Origin: a virus
Length of the DNA: 53,859 nucleotides
Strand: one strand, 5' to 3'
Virus record (IMG/VR): IMGVR_UViG_3300036779_000164
Span: 1 to 53,859 of that record
A program made the translations under genes and the position numbers. Numbering within the stretch: position 1 is the first letter of the stretch; the number at the start of each line of letters is the position of its first letter. The notes below the pieces were generated by a model. That model searched no databases. It saw only the letters and a program-made list of their open reading frames with translations, and had not been told where the DNA came from. Positions 35,257 through 43,975 of this stretch are shown piece after piece.

Positions 35257-36882
35257 ATGTCAGATATTGATTACACAGGTATACTCAACGAAATGGAAGA
35301 ATCACAACGTGAGACTTTCATGGCGCAAGTATTCAGTAAGATCAAGGATATCAAACGCTGTGAGATTTCTTACTATGACTTTGCCAAGCAAGCATGGCCA
35401 CAGATTGAAGGACAAGAGTTTAGGGATAACTGGCATATTGGAGCGATCAGTGAACATTTAGAGGCTTGCTCCAAGCGTCAGATCAAGAAGCTACTGATCA
35501 ACATTCCTCCCCGCTTTATGAAGAGCACGCTTGTAGGGGTCATGTGGCCTGCATGGACGTGGATCAACATTCCTCATGAGAAATTTCTTTATGCTTCCCA
35601 TGCAGCCTCTCTCTCATTTAGAGACTCTGTTAATTGCAGAAGATTGATTGCATCTCCGTGGTACCAAGAAAGATGGGGGAATAAATTTTCTCTAACAGGC
35701 GATCAAAATACCAAGGGTAGATTTAACAACACTGCTGGAGGGTACCGTATTGCCTCGAGCGTTGAGTCATCCTTAACGGGTGAAGGTGGATCGATCAGGG
35801 TGTTGGATGACCCTAATAACACCAACCAGATCTCTGATTTGATTTTAGACAATACGATTTTCTGGTTAACTTCCACTTGGTTTACGCGTAAGAACGATCC
35901 GGCAAATGACATCCTGGTTATTATCCAGCAAAGGATGAACGAGAAGGATGTCTCGGGTTACATCATCGAGCATGACACAAATGATGAATGGGTTAAACTT
36001 ATTCTACCTATGGAATATGAGGTACCGAGGAAAAGCAAGACTGTGGTACTCCCTTCTACCGAAGGTAAGAAATGGGAAGATCCCCGTATCTTTGAGGGCG
36101 AACTTCTATGGCCGAGCTTCTGGGATGAAGATAAGGTTGCTGAGGGTAAGCGAGAACTCGGTAATGAGTATGCAGTTGCCGGACAGTATCAGCAAAGACC
36201 AGCTCCAATTGGTGGCGGTTTTATCAAGAAGGATTGGTTTAAGATCTACAAGGAAGTTCGTCCTCCCCATCTGGATTATGTGATTCAATCTTGGGATACG
36301 GCTTTCTCGATTAAGGATTCAAGTGATTATTCAGCCTGTGTAACAATGGGAGTATTTTATGATCACATGAAGATTCCTAATTTAATCTTGTTGAATGCTT
36401 GGCGAGGGAGAGTTGATTATCCAGATCTGCGGAAACTAGCTCAGGAGTTTTACAGGGATTATCGCAGCAAAGGTTTGGGATCAGTTGAGGCTGATGGCCA
36501 GCATAGACCTCACATGGTTTTAATTGAGGATAAGGGATCAGGCATGTCTCTGGTGCAAGACTTTAGGAAAGCGGGAGTTCCGGTGATCGGATTTGATCCC
36601 CGCAAACATGGGGATAAGATCACTCGTGTACAAAAGGTATCACATCTAATACAAGCTGGCAGGGTTTGGGTTGCAGCTATTCCTCCAAGCTATAAGAGCT
36701 TGAGACAATCAGCCCAGTTGCTTGTGGAATGTTGCACGATGTTTCCTGCGGGGAAATCTAGGGATATTGTGGATGCGATGACACAGATTCTCATTCGCTT
36801 GAATTTGAGTGGTTGGATTAATAGTCCTTATGATGAAGACAGCGGTGATACATCGCTTAGAATGAAGAAGATATTTTACTAA
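35257..36882 (+). CDS. terL: Terminase large subunit
   Basis: Walker A-like LINIPPRFMKST, Walker B-like IRVLDDP. C-terminal nuclease region IQSWDTAFSIKDSSDYSACVTMGV ... LIEDKGSG ... DIVDAMTQ, typical of the Terminase_6/TIGR01630 type. Confidence 0.92.
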   Translation: MSDIDYTGILNEMEESQRETFMAQVFSKIKDIKRCEISYYDFAKQAWPQIEGQEFRDNWHIGAISEHLEACSKRQIKKLLINIPPRFMKSTLVGVMWPAWTWINIPHEKFLYASHAASLSFRDSVNCRRLIASPWYQERWGNKFSLTGDQNTKGRFNNTAGGYRIASSVESSLTGEGGSIRVLDDPNNTNQISDLILDNTIFWLTSTWFTRKNDPANDILVIIQQRMNEKDVSGYIIEHDTNDEWVKLILPMEYEVPRKSKTVVLPSTEGKKWEDPRIFEGELLWPSFWDEDKVAEGKRELGNEYAVAGQYQQRPAPIGGGFIKKDWFKIYKEVRPPHLDYVIQSWDTAFSIKDSSDYSACVTMGVFYDHMKIPNLILLNAWRGRVDYPDLRKLAQEFYRDYRSKGLGSVEADGQHRPHMVLIEDKGSGMSLVQDFRKAGVPVIGFDPRKHGDKITRVQKVSHLIQAGRVWVAAIPPSYKSLRQSAQLLVECCTMFPAGKSRDIVDAMTQILIRLNLSGWINSPYDEDSGDTSLRMKKIFY

Positions 36883-36886
36883 TCAA

Positions 36887-36915
36887 TTGATTTAAGTTTG
36901 TCCATGAGATAAGTT
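36887..36915 (+). promoter_or_regulatory. Early promoter, box copy 3 (TTGATTTAAGTTTGT, N17 spacing, TAAGTT)
   Basis: -35 TTGATT (36887-36892), 17-nt spacer, -10 TAAGTT (36910-36915). ATG 36923 is only 7 nt downstream, so the mRNA may be leaderless or nearly so. Confidence 0.6.
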
Positions 36916-36922
36916 CTTAGAG

Positions 36923-37111
36923 ATGAATAATAGATATGCATTTAATGAATTAAAGAGAAAGTATAGAGCAGAGCAAAAATTGTTTCACAGCTTGAAGGCT
37001 TTCTCTAATGTTTATTTTGAATTTGGTTTGCCAGCAGAGACGATTGCTTCTGTGGTGCAAAATAAAGTTGATGAATATATTAAGGAACATCTATGTCCGG
37101 AACTTAAATAA
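36923..37111 (+). CDS. Hypothetical early protein; first gene of the rightward AT-rich arm
   Basis: 62-aa ORF with no SD, sitting directly behind promoter box copy 3. Confidence 0.5.
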   Translation: MNNRYAFNELKRKYRAEQKLFHSLKAFSNVYFEFGLPAETIASVVQNKVDEYIKEHLCPELK

Positions 37112-37125
37112 AAAGGAGAACAAGA

Positions 37126-37305
37126 ATGACTGAAAAAATAGATGATGAAGAAAATAATACAGAATTAAGCTTTCTTGAAGAAATATCACGTTTGACTATT
37201 GAGATAGAATCAAATTATTTATGTCGAGAAACTATTCTTTCTGATATAAATAGATTGAGAAATATTATTGAAAAAAGAATTAAAATTATTATAGAGAATA
37301 AATAA
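37126..37305 (+). CDS. Small acidic/coiled-coil protein (59 aa), below the ORF-track cutoff
   Basis: AAAGGAGAA RBS at 37112-37120. Peptide MTEKIDDEENNTELSFLEEISRLTIEIESNYLCRETILSDINRLRNIIEKRIKIIIENK. TAA at 37303-37305. Confidence 0.55.
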   Translation: MTEKIDDEENNTELSFLEEISRLTIEIESNYLCRETILSDINRLRNIIEKRIKIIIENK

Positions 37306-37321
37306 CGGAGTAACTGACTAA

Positions 37322-37783
37322 ATGACTGAAATATTTACTATTAATATCAGCGACTATATACGAAAAGAAATGAGTAAAAATATAACAAATGAAATAGAAT
37401 CTGAAAATAACCAGAAAAAAAGTGAATTAATTAAATCTATTTGGCATGAAGAATATATACATGAAGAATTTAGTAAATTAATTCGTCCTTTTGTTACAAA
37501 TTTTGCAAATAAAATTTTAAAAAAATATGGCCAACAATTTGTGCACAAATTACCACATACTGAAAATAAAAGATCAGCTATCGCAGAATGGGAATATTTA
37601 ATAATCCGATTTTTAATGAGTCATTGGATTGAACATACTAAACAAAAAAAGGACTTATTTGGTACACAACAAGAAGAAATAATTCGATTGATCGATGAGT
37701 TATGGGATCAATATGGTGAAAATATATATAGAAATATTACAAATGAAATAGATTGTGAAAATTTTAATAAGGAAAAGCATTAA
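37322..37783 (+). CDS. Hypothetical early protein, paralogue of 30667..30927
   Basis: See 30667..30927. Also carries an internal duplication, NITNEIESEN near the N-terminus and NITNEIDCEN near the C-terminus. Confidence 0.6.
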   Translation: MTEIFTINISDYIRKEMSKNITNEIESENNQKKSELIKSIWHEEYIHEEFSKLIRPFVTNFANKILKKYGQQFVHKLPHTENKRSAIAEWEYLIIRFLMSHWIEHTKQKKDLFGTQQEEIIRLIDELWDQYGENIYRNITNEIDCENFNKEKH

Positions 37784-37794
37784 GAAGAATAAGA

Positions 37795-38106
37795 ATGATT
37801 AAAAGAAAAAAAATATCTGATAAAATAATAGAAGAAATAAATAATGATTTTGTTGAATTTCTTATGAAATGGATAAAAAAGGGTTATCCTGCTTTTTCCA
37901 ATTGTGGTGACGATGAAAGATCAATTGTGGGATGTCTTTTTGATTATTCTCATCATGTAACGGGAAATTGGATTCACAAATTACACATAGTAGAGAAAGA
38001 GATATATAAAGAGCAGGCTAAAGAATGGAATGATTTCTTTAAAGAATATGAAAGAAAAATGAAAGAAGATATTTTGAAATTAATAGATGAAAGAGACAAG
38101 AAATAA
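37795..38106 (+). CDS. Hypothetical early protein
   Basis: 103-aa ORF within the operon. Confidence 0.5.
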   Translation: MIKRKKISDKIIEEINNDFVEFLMKWIKKGYPAFSNCGDDERSIVGCLFDYSHHVTGNWIHKLHIVEKEIYKEQAKEWNDFFKEYERKMKEDILKLIDERDKK

Positions 38107-38439
38107 ATGAGACGTAATATTCGTAGAATAAGCACAGATAAATTAATGATCACCATTCCTAAGGCTTTTGCTGAACATCTGAATTACACCAGAGGCATGC
38201 CTATTTATATTTATGTGAAAAACAATTCTATGATTTTGAGTAAAAAGGAAAAGACGAATCCGAATCTTAAATTTGATTATTTTATCAAACGTAAGATAAT
38301 TGAAATGGGCAATTATGGCACTTTAGGTATTACAATTCCCATTAAGATTACGCTCTTGCTTGAGTATTATCCTGATCAGGAAATTGATATAGCTTTGGAT
38401 AAGGAAGATCTTTCTATTAACAAGTTATATGGGGCATGA
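38107..38439 (+). CDS. AbrB/MazE (SpoVT-AbrB)-like DNA-binding protein with two swapped-hairpin-like units
   Basis: LMITIPKAFAEHLNYTRGMPIYIYV and LGITIPIKITLLLEYYPDQEIDIAL both fit the (I/V)T(I/L)PK..... pattern of AbrB-type domains. Confidence 0.5.
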   Translation: MRRNIRRISTDKLMITIPKAFAEHLNYTRGMPIYIYVKNNSMILSKKEKTNPNLKFDYFIKRKIIEMGNYGTLGITIPIKITLLLEYYPDQEIDIALDKEDLSINKLYGA

Positions 38440-38716
38440 AATGGAACGTCTAGAAATAGAAGACCTTACAGATGAAGAAGTTGCAGATGTGGTAAAAGAA
38501 TTTATCCATGCATTTAATGTTAATATCGAAAAAGGATATAGAAATTATCAGATTTTAGATATCTGTCGTATGTTTTATATGAAAGAATTAATTGAAATGT
38601 TAGTTGCTGATAATGATAGTGAATCAGCGAAATCTGTTTTAAATGAATTATTAGAGATAAATAGAATACATGCAATGAATGCTATAGATATATATAGATC
38701 AAGTAAGTTAAATTAA
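38429..38716 (+). CDS. ~90-aa family protein (distant member) on the rightward arm
   Basis: NIEKGYRNYQILDI compares with FSEKGYDIKDKYIAIL in copy A. An alternative ATG at 38441 lies just after the upstream stop. Confidence 0.5.
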   Translation: MGHEMERLEIEDLTDEEVADVVKEFIHAFNVNIEKGYRNYQILDICRMFYMKELIEMLVADNDSESAKSVLNELLEINRIHAMNAIDIYRSSKLN

Positions 38717-38730
38717 TAGAAAGTATTTAC

Positions 38731-39045
38731 ATGAAATTTCACTTACATACTAATGAATCAGATAAGGATCGTATTGATAAACAGCATCAAATACTTAAAC
38801 GTTTTTCTGATATGATAGATTTATTGTATACAGATTTTGAAAATAACAATGATAATCGATTTATAATTCAACAATGTCTATTTCAAATAGTACTATCTAT
38901 GATTATACAAGATAGCGTGGTAAAATTAGATGAGGAAGAAAGAAAAATCAAAATTAATTATTTGGCTTCTGAGGTAAAAAGAGTTGCATTCAATTGGTTG
39001 AGAGACTTTAAAAAATTTAATAATCAGAATAAACAAAATCACTAA
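38731..39045 (+). CDS. Hypothetical early protein
   Basis: 104-aa ORF. Confidence 0.5.
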   Translation: MKFHLHTNESDKDRIDKQHQILKRFSDMIDLLYTDFENNNDNRFIIQQCLFQIVLSMIIQDSVVKLDEEERKIKINYLASEVKRVAFNWLRDFKKFNNQNKQNH

Positions 39046-39048
39046 ATC

Positions 39049-39432
39049 CTAATCCTTCAACACATATCTCTTAATCTTATCTGCAAAATCATCCATGGGT
39101 AAGCATTTGATTATTGTGGTACAAAATTTCTTCATATCTTGAATGAATTGCGGTTCTTCCTTGGTAAAACTAACCCATATTATAAAGGGAATAGGAAAGG
39201 TTTTTTCCTCCTCAAATGTTACAGGCTGAAAAACACTATTCTCATTTACCTTTTTCACGGTTAGCTTTTTTTTATGTAGAATAACAAAATAGTTCTTTTC
39301 CTCACTGTAAGCTAAGAGAAAGAATTTATCTTTATTTATGAGATTATTGATCTTTTCGTAAAGTTCATCGAAATTGATGGTAGGAATGGGTTCTATCTTT
39401 TTCTTTTTTGTTTTTCTTTTTATTTTTTCCAT
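39049..39432 (-). CDS. Hypothetical protein (lone leftward gene before the portal)
   Basis: 127-aa ORF with a Lys-rich N-terminus and GATGGGAAA upstream. Confidence 0.5.
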   Translation of the reverse strand: MEKIKRKTKKKKIEPIPTINFDELYEKINNLINKDKFFLLAYSEEKNYFVILHKKKLTVKKVNENSVFQPVTFEEEKTFPIPFIIWVSFTKEEPQFIQDMKKFCTTIIKCLPMDDFADKIKRYVLKD

Positions 39433-39464
39433 TTTCCCATCTCTATTTTATAATTAATTGTATT

Positions 39465-39492
39465 TTGCAAAAGAATATGCCATTTATATAAT
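39465..39492 (+). promoter_or_regulatory. Putative promoter of the portal operon
   Basis: TTGCAA (39465-39470), N16, TATAAT (39487-39492). Confidence 0.55.
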
Positions 39493-39582
39493 AATAGGTC
39501 AAATACAAATTTAACTTATATAAAATTATATTAAAATAAACAATAATCATAAAAATAAATAAGATAGACGAAAGCTGTTTAA

Positions 39583-41967
39583 ATGGCGCAATCTCCTTTC
39601 TTTATGGGTATGAACGAACAATCTGCAAATCCGATTATGCAGCAAAACATGGAGCTTCCTTTGCTTCCTCAAGAGGAAGCCGAAGATCTAACAGAAACAC
39701 CTGAATTTGAGATTCCACAAGATGCATTTAACGAGAACTTAGCTGATAAAGTTAAGGATTCCGTTTTATCAGGCATAGCTGCCAATATCATTACCGCCAT
39801 TGAGCAAGATAAAGAATCAAGAATGGAATGGGAACAGGCATATCTTAAAGGAATGAAGTATCTGGGATGGAAATTGGAAGATTTCAAAGATATTCCTTTT
39901 ATGTCTGCCTGTCGTGCATTTGATACAACTTTATCACAGGCCGTTATTACATTTTTTGCACGGGTTAGAGGTTATCTATTCCCCCGTTCTGGTCCGGCAG
40001 ATTTTAAAATTAAAGGGATTGAAACACCAGATGAGGAAAATCGCCGTATTAGACTTAAAGAATTTATGAATTATTATCTCAGTAATGAGGATAAGGATTA
40101 TGCGGCAGAAAATGATCGTTTGCTGATGTATCTTTCCATAATCGGATGCTGTTTTAGGAAAACCTATATCGATCCGATTAAAAAAATGCCGATAACACGG
40201 TTTATTGATCCTCAAGATCTAATCGTGAATAACAATTGCATCAGTTTACTCAGTTCTGATCGTATTACCCATAAGATAATGCTTTCAAAGCAGGAAATTA
40301 AATTACGTCAGTTATCAGGATATTATCGCGACATTGATCTTCCAGGTATCACACAACATTCTGATGATGAAGATAATACAGTTAAAGCTTTGCAATATAT
40401 GGAAGGTATTAATCTGAATGTATATGAAAAAAACAGTTTATATGAAGTTTATGAATCTCATGTTTATCTAGCTTTAGATGAATTTGATTATTTTGAAAAC
40501 AACTCTGAGAAAGTTTCCCTTCCTCTGCCTTATATTGTAACCATTTGTGTTCAAAATCAAACCGTATTATCTATTCGCCGTAATTGGAGAAAAGATGATC
40601 CACATTTTGGTAGAAGAGAATGTTTTACCCAGTGGAACTATCTACCTGGTTTAGGCCTATATGGTATGGGACTCACTCAATTAATCGGCTCTAACTCTGT
40701 TGTTCTAACATCCGTCTTAAGACAATTGGTTGATGCTGGAACCTTAAAGAATTTTCCTGGAGGATTGAAATCGAAGGGTCTTCGTATTGAAAATAATGAT
40801 AAAGCAATTGGACCATCAGAATTTCTAGATGTGGAAACAGGTGGTCTTCCCATCCGTGATGTCATTATGAATATGCCTTATGCTGGAGCAGATATTGTAC
40901 TTAAAGAATTGAGAAATGAGCTGATGACTCAAACTCAAATTCTAGCAGCTACATCAGAAAATCAAATTGTTGAAAATAACGTTAATGCACCTGTACAAAC
41001 GACACTTGCATTACTTGAGGTAGTTAATCGTACTCCTGGTGCTATCTTTGAAGGATTATATCGTTCGCTCAGTAATGAACTTGGAATTATGTATGATCTA
41101 TTTGGGGAAGTGTTACCCGATGAACCATATCCCTTTAAAGTACCCGGCCAAGAGCTTGCAATTATGCGAGCTGATTTTAATGATAAAATGCATATCATTC
41201 CTATCGCTGATCCACAAAATACAACACAATCGCAAAAGATATTTAAAGCAAAATATTTACAAGAAGCAGCAATTGCTATGCCTCAGTATTTTAATATCCG
41301 TGAGGTCTATAAACGCATGTTACAGGCCATGACTATCGATAATATAGATGATGTTCTTATACCTGCACCAGAGGAAGCTGTTCCTCTTGATCCGATTTCT
41401 GAAATTATGAATGCTATTGTTGGAAAACCGATAAAGGCCGCGATTTGGCAAGAACATGATGCACATATTGTTACAAAAACAGCAGCTTTAAATAATCTAG
41501 AGATTCTAAATGGTATGCAAGAAAATATGAGACATCAGTTTATAAATATAATCTCTGCAAATATCCAAGAACATGTCGCGATGAAATTATTAGTTGACAT
41601 GCAAATGAAGATGGGAATGCAAATGCCTGATATGCAAATGTTGCAAAACCCTGAAGTACAAAATCAGATTGCACTTCAGGCGGCTCAGATCGCTCAAGCT
41701 GAGATGCAAAGACAAGCAGAAGAACAAAAAGCAAATACGATTGATCCAAATGCCATAATGATGGCAGATATTGAGCAAAGAAGAGAAGCAGCTCATCTTA
41801 AAGATGAAGAAACTAAATTAAGAGCAAAAACAGATATTCATAAATCACAATTGAAATTTGAAACTGAAAAACTTAAGATGAAAACACAAAAAGAAATTTC
41901 TGAAGAAAAAAATCACAAAGAAGAAGTTATTGCGCATCTTAAACTTAAGAAACAAGGGCGCCATTAA
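39583..41967 (+). CDS. Portal protein with a long C-terminal helical (barrel-like) extension
   Basis: 794 aa. It is the first large gene of the head module after terL. The last ~150 aa are Q/E/K/M-rich coiled coil, as in P22-type portals. The call rests on size, position and this architecture. Confidence 0.65.
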   Translation: MAQSPFFMGMNEQSANPIMQQNMELPLLPQEEAEDLTETPEFEIPQDAFNENLADKVKDSVLSGIAANIITAIEQDKESRMEWEQAYLKGMKYLGWKLEDFKDIPFMSACRAFDTTLSQAVITFFARVRGYLFPRSGPADFKIKGIETPDEENRRIRLKEFMNYYLSNEDKDYAAENDRLLMYLSIIGCCFRKTYIDPIKKMPITRFIDPQDLIVNNNCISLLSSDRITHKIMLSKQEIKLRQLSGYYRDIDLPGITQHSDDEDNTVKALQYMEGINLNVYEKNSLYEVYESHVYLALDEFDYFENNSEKVSLPLPYIVTICVQNQTVLSIRRNWRKDDPHFGRRECFTQWNYLPGLGLYGMGLTQLIGSNSVVLTSVLRQLVDAGTLKNFPGGLKSKGLRIENNDKAIGPSEFLDVETGGLPIRDVIMNMPYAGADIVLKELRNELMTQTQILAATSENQIVENNVNAPVQTTLALLEVVNRTPGAIFEGLYRSLSNELGIMYDLFGEVLPDEPYPFKVPGQELAIMRADFNDKMHIIPIADPQNTTQSQKIFKAKYLQEAAIAMPQYFNIREVYKRMLQAMTIDNIDDVLIPAPEEAVPLDPISEIMNAIVGKPIKAAIWQEHDAHIVTKTAALNNLEILNGMQENMRHQFINIISANIQEHVAMKLLVDMQMKMGMQMPDMQMLQNPEVQNQIALQAAQIAQAEMQRQAEEQKANTIDPNAIMMADIEQRREAAHLKDEETKLRAKTDIHKSQLKFETEKLKMKTQKEISEEKNHKEEVIAHLKLKKQGRH

Positions 41968-41998
41968 ATAAAAATAAAAATCATATTAATTTTTATAA

Positions 41999-43171
41999 AT
42001 GAAAGGAATTGTTATGAAACAAGATTTTGATGAACAGCACTATTTTGCTGGATATCCTGGTGAAGACTCAATGAGAGAAAAAGCAAAGCGTTTAATGCTT
42101 GAAGAAATGATGACAACTGCGATGAATAAGCCTTCGAGTATCACAGCTCCAGGACGTGAGAAAATGCGTCTATATAAGGAAGGTGGGCATGTAAAGAAGC
42201 ATCATAAGCATTATCGTGATGAGCATAAGCACCATCACAAACATCATCATGGTCATCATGAAGGTGGAGAAATGCATCATCATGGACACCATCATCATGA
42301 TGGGGGAGATGTGCATGCTTATGAACATGAAGCAATCCATCCATTCCATGGAGAAGAAGCAAGACATCACTCCTCATATAAGCATGGTGGAGAAACACAC
42401 TCATATGAAAGAGGTCCAGGATATAAACATGGCGGAAAAGTACATCACAAACATCATCATGGCCATCATAGCCATCATGAACATCACGAACATCACGGTC
42501 ATCATGAGCATGGATCTAAGGAAAGGAAAAGGGCACACTTACATCATTTGCAAAGAGAAGGACTACATAAAACCGAGCATGCATTGGCAAAAGAAAGAAA
42601 GTTATCAGATGGTGGATATTTAATGCCACGTACGCATCCTAAAATGGGACATCATCCTGAAACACATCAACGGCAAACTTATCGTCAAGATTATGCTCCC
42701 AAGAATATAGAAGGTGGCCAATTAACCAATCTTCATATTCCAACGCCTAAATTGAATGTAGAAACGGTAAGAGAATATCAACATATGCACAAAGGAGGAC
42801 ATATGCACAAACCTTCACACCATAAAAAACATCACCACAGTCACCATAAAGTTAAAAGGGCAACAGGTGGTACGGTTTATGAACATGAAATGAGAGGCGT
42901 ACATCCTGCTTCTCATTTGACTAAAATAAATTATGAAAAAGATATGAAGGGAGTAAAGCCTGTTCATATCCCAAATATGGCAGGTAGTTCCAGAAAGAAT
43001 CCAGGAGCAATGGATGAATCCTTTGGTTCTGTTTTCCATAAAGGTGGAAAAGCTTGCAGAGGCGGTCATATGGCAAAAAAAATGGCAGCTGGAGGAGCCG
43101 GTAAAGTTCGTAAGGGAGTTGCCGATAAATTCGGTCGTCCCAATCTACATAAGTTAAAAATGGGATATTAG
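41999..43171 (+). CDS. Histidine-rich protein with repeated x-GG-x motifs
   Basis: Runs such as HHKHYRDEHKHHHKHHHGHHEGGEMHHHGHHHHDGG and HHKHHHGHHSHHEHHEHHGHHEHG. Twelve GG dipeptides, e.g. YKEGGHV, YKHGGET, YKHGGKV. Alternative ATG at 42014. Followed by a terminator. Confidence 0.7.
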   Translation: MKGIVMKQDFDEQHYFAGYPGEDSMREKAKRLMLEEMMTTAMNKPSSITAPGREKMRLYKEGGHVKKHHKHYRDEHKHHHKHHHGHHEGGEMHHHGHHHHDGGDVHAYEHEAIHPFHGEEARHHSSYKHGGETHSYERGPGYKHGGKVHHKHHHGHHSHHEHHEHHGHHEHGSKERKRAHLHHLQREGLHKTEHALAKERKLSDGGYLMPRTHPKMGHHPETHQRQTYRQDYAPKNIEGGQLTNLHIPTPKLNVETVREYQHMHKGGHMHKPSHHKKHHHSHHKVKRATGGTVYEHEMRGVHPASHLTKINYEKDMKGVKPVHIPNMAGSSRKNPGAMDESFGSVFHKGGKACRGGHMAKKMAAGGAGKVRKGVADKFGRPNLHKLKMGY

Positions 43172-43199
43172 TATATAGAATAATTATACTAAATTATAG

Positions 43200-43231
43200 A
43201 CGCCTGCCTAAAAAGCAGGCGTTTTCTTTTT
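43200..43231 (+). terminator. Rho-independent terminator after the His-rich gene
   Basis: ACGCCTGC-CTAAAAA-GCAGGCGT (8-bp stem) followed by TTTTCTTTTT. Confidence 0.8.
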
Positions 43232-43259
43232 ATATGTTGCAAAAATATCACTTTTAGTG

Positions 43260-43287
43260 TTGCATATTTGTTACACTTAGTTATAGT
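43260..43287 (+). promoter_or_regulatory. Putative promoter of the head-assembly operon
   Basis: TTGCAT (43260-43265), N16, TATAGT (43282-43287). Flanked by two further GTTGCAA boxes at 43236 and 43292. Confidence 0.5.
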
Positions 43288-43314
43288 TGAAGTTGCAAAG
43301 ATAAAAATTAATAA

Positions 43315-43509
43315 ATGATCAAATTTTACGAACTTATTTTACAACGCATTCGCGATCAACAAGATCAATACATTCATCGATTAACTAATGGATCTCTCCA
43401 AAATTTTGAAGATTACCGTGATTTAAGCGGAAAAGTATTCGGCTTAAAGCAAGCAGAAGAAATCATCAAAGATGTTTTCGCAGATATTCAAATGCCAAAC
43501 AAAAATTAG
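43315..43509 (+). CDS. Hypothetical protein
   Basis: 64-aa ORF, first in the operon. Confidence 0.45.
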   Translation: MIKFYELILQRIRDQQDQYIHRLTNGSLQNFEDYRDLSGKVFGLKQAEEIIKDVFADIQMPNKN

Positions 43510-43520
43510 AAAGCAAAAAT

Positions 43521-43955
43521 ATGGTTGATTCAACAACAAGTTTTATTGAACCCTTTGAAGAGCAAATAGCTAAAGATTTTATTCGAGAACAACTAGATTT
43601 TGAACCTCCAAAACCATGTGGATATTACATTTTAGTAAAACTTTATATTCGTCCTGAAGAAATGAAAACAATAACAACAGAAGATGGAAAAGAAGTGACT
43701 CTTTATGCACCTGATTCAGTACGTGCAGAAGATCGTTTTAGAACTTGTACTGCTCTTGTATTGGCTTTGGGGCCAGAATGTTATAAAGGAGAAAATTTTA
43801 AAGAATCAGGTCCATGGTGTAAAGCAGGAGATTGGGTTGTTATCCCGCGTAATGAAGGCACTCAAATTATGTATAACGAGCATGTCGTACATTTAATTCC
43901 CGATGACCGCATACTCATGGTCATTCCAGATCCCACGATTGTAAGACGATGTTAA
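43521..43955 (+). CDS. GroES/Cpn10-like co-chaperonin candidate
   Basis: YYILVKLY...EEMKT...LYAPDS.....CTALVLALGP....CKAGDWVVIPRNEGT......HLIPDDRILMVI parallels the GroES pattern (VIVK..E.KT..GI.LP......G.VLAVG......VKVGD.V.....G.........L....DILAV). Confidence 0.5.
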   Translation: MVDSTTSFIEPFEEQIAKDFIREQLDFEPPKPCGYYILVKLYIRPEEMKTITTEDGKEVTLYAPDSVRAEDRFRTCTALVLALGPECYKGENFKESGPWCKAGDWVVIPRNEGTQIMYNEHVVHLIPDDRILMVIPDPTIVRRC

Positions 43956-43975
43956 ATTAAAATGAAGGAAAAGAA

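Noticed and set aside
38107-38716. AbrB/MazE-like gene plus the overlapping downstream ORF as a toxin-antitoxin pair
   Set aside because: The downstream ORF resembles the ~90-aa early family rather than any toxin fold I can recognise. The pair lies mid-operon. The evidence is insufficient.
42141-42623. Three ORFs overlapping the His-rich gene (42141..42404 minus, 42170..42370 minus, 42216..42623 plus)
   Set aside because: They arise from the CAT/CAC repeats, which read as ATG/GTG on the other strand or frame. This gives M/V/I-rich nonsense peptides.
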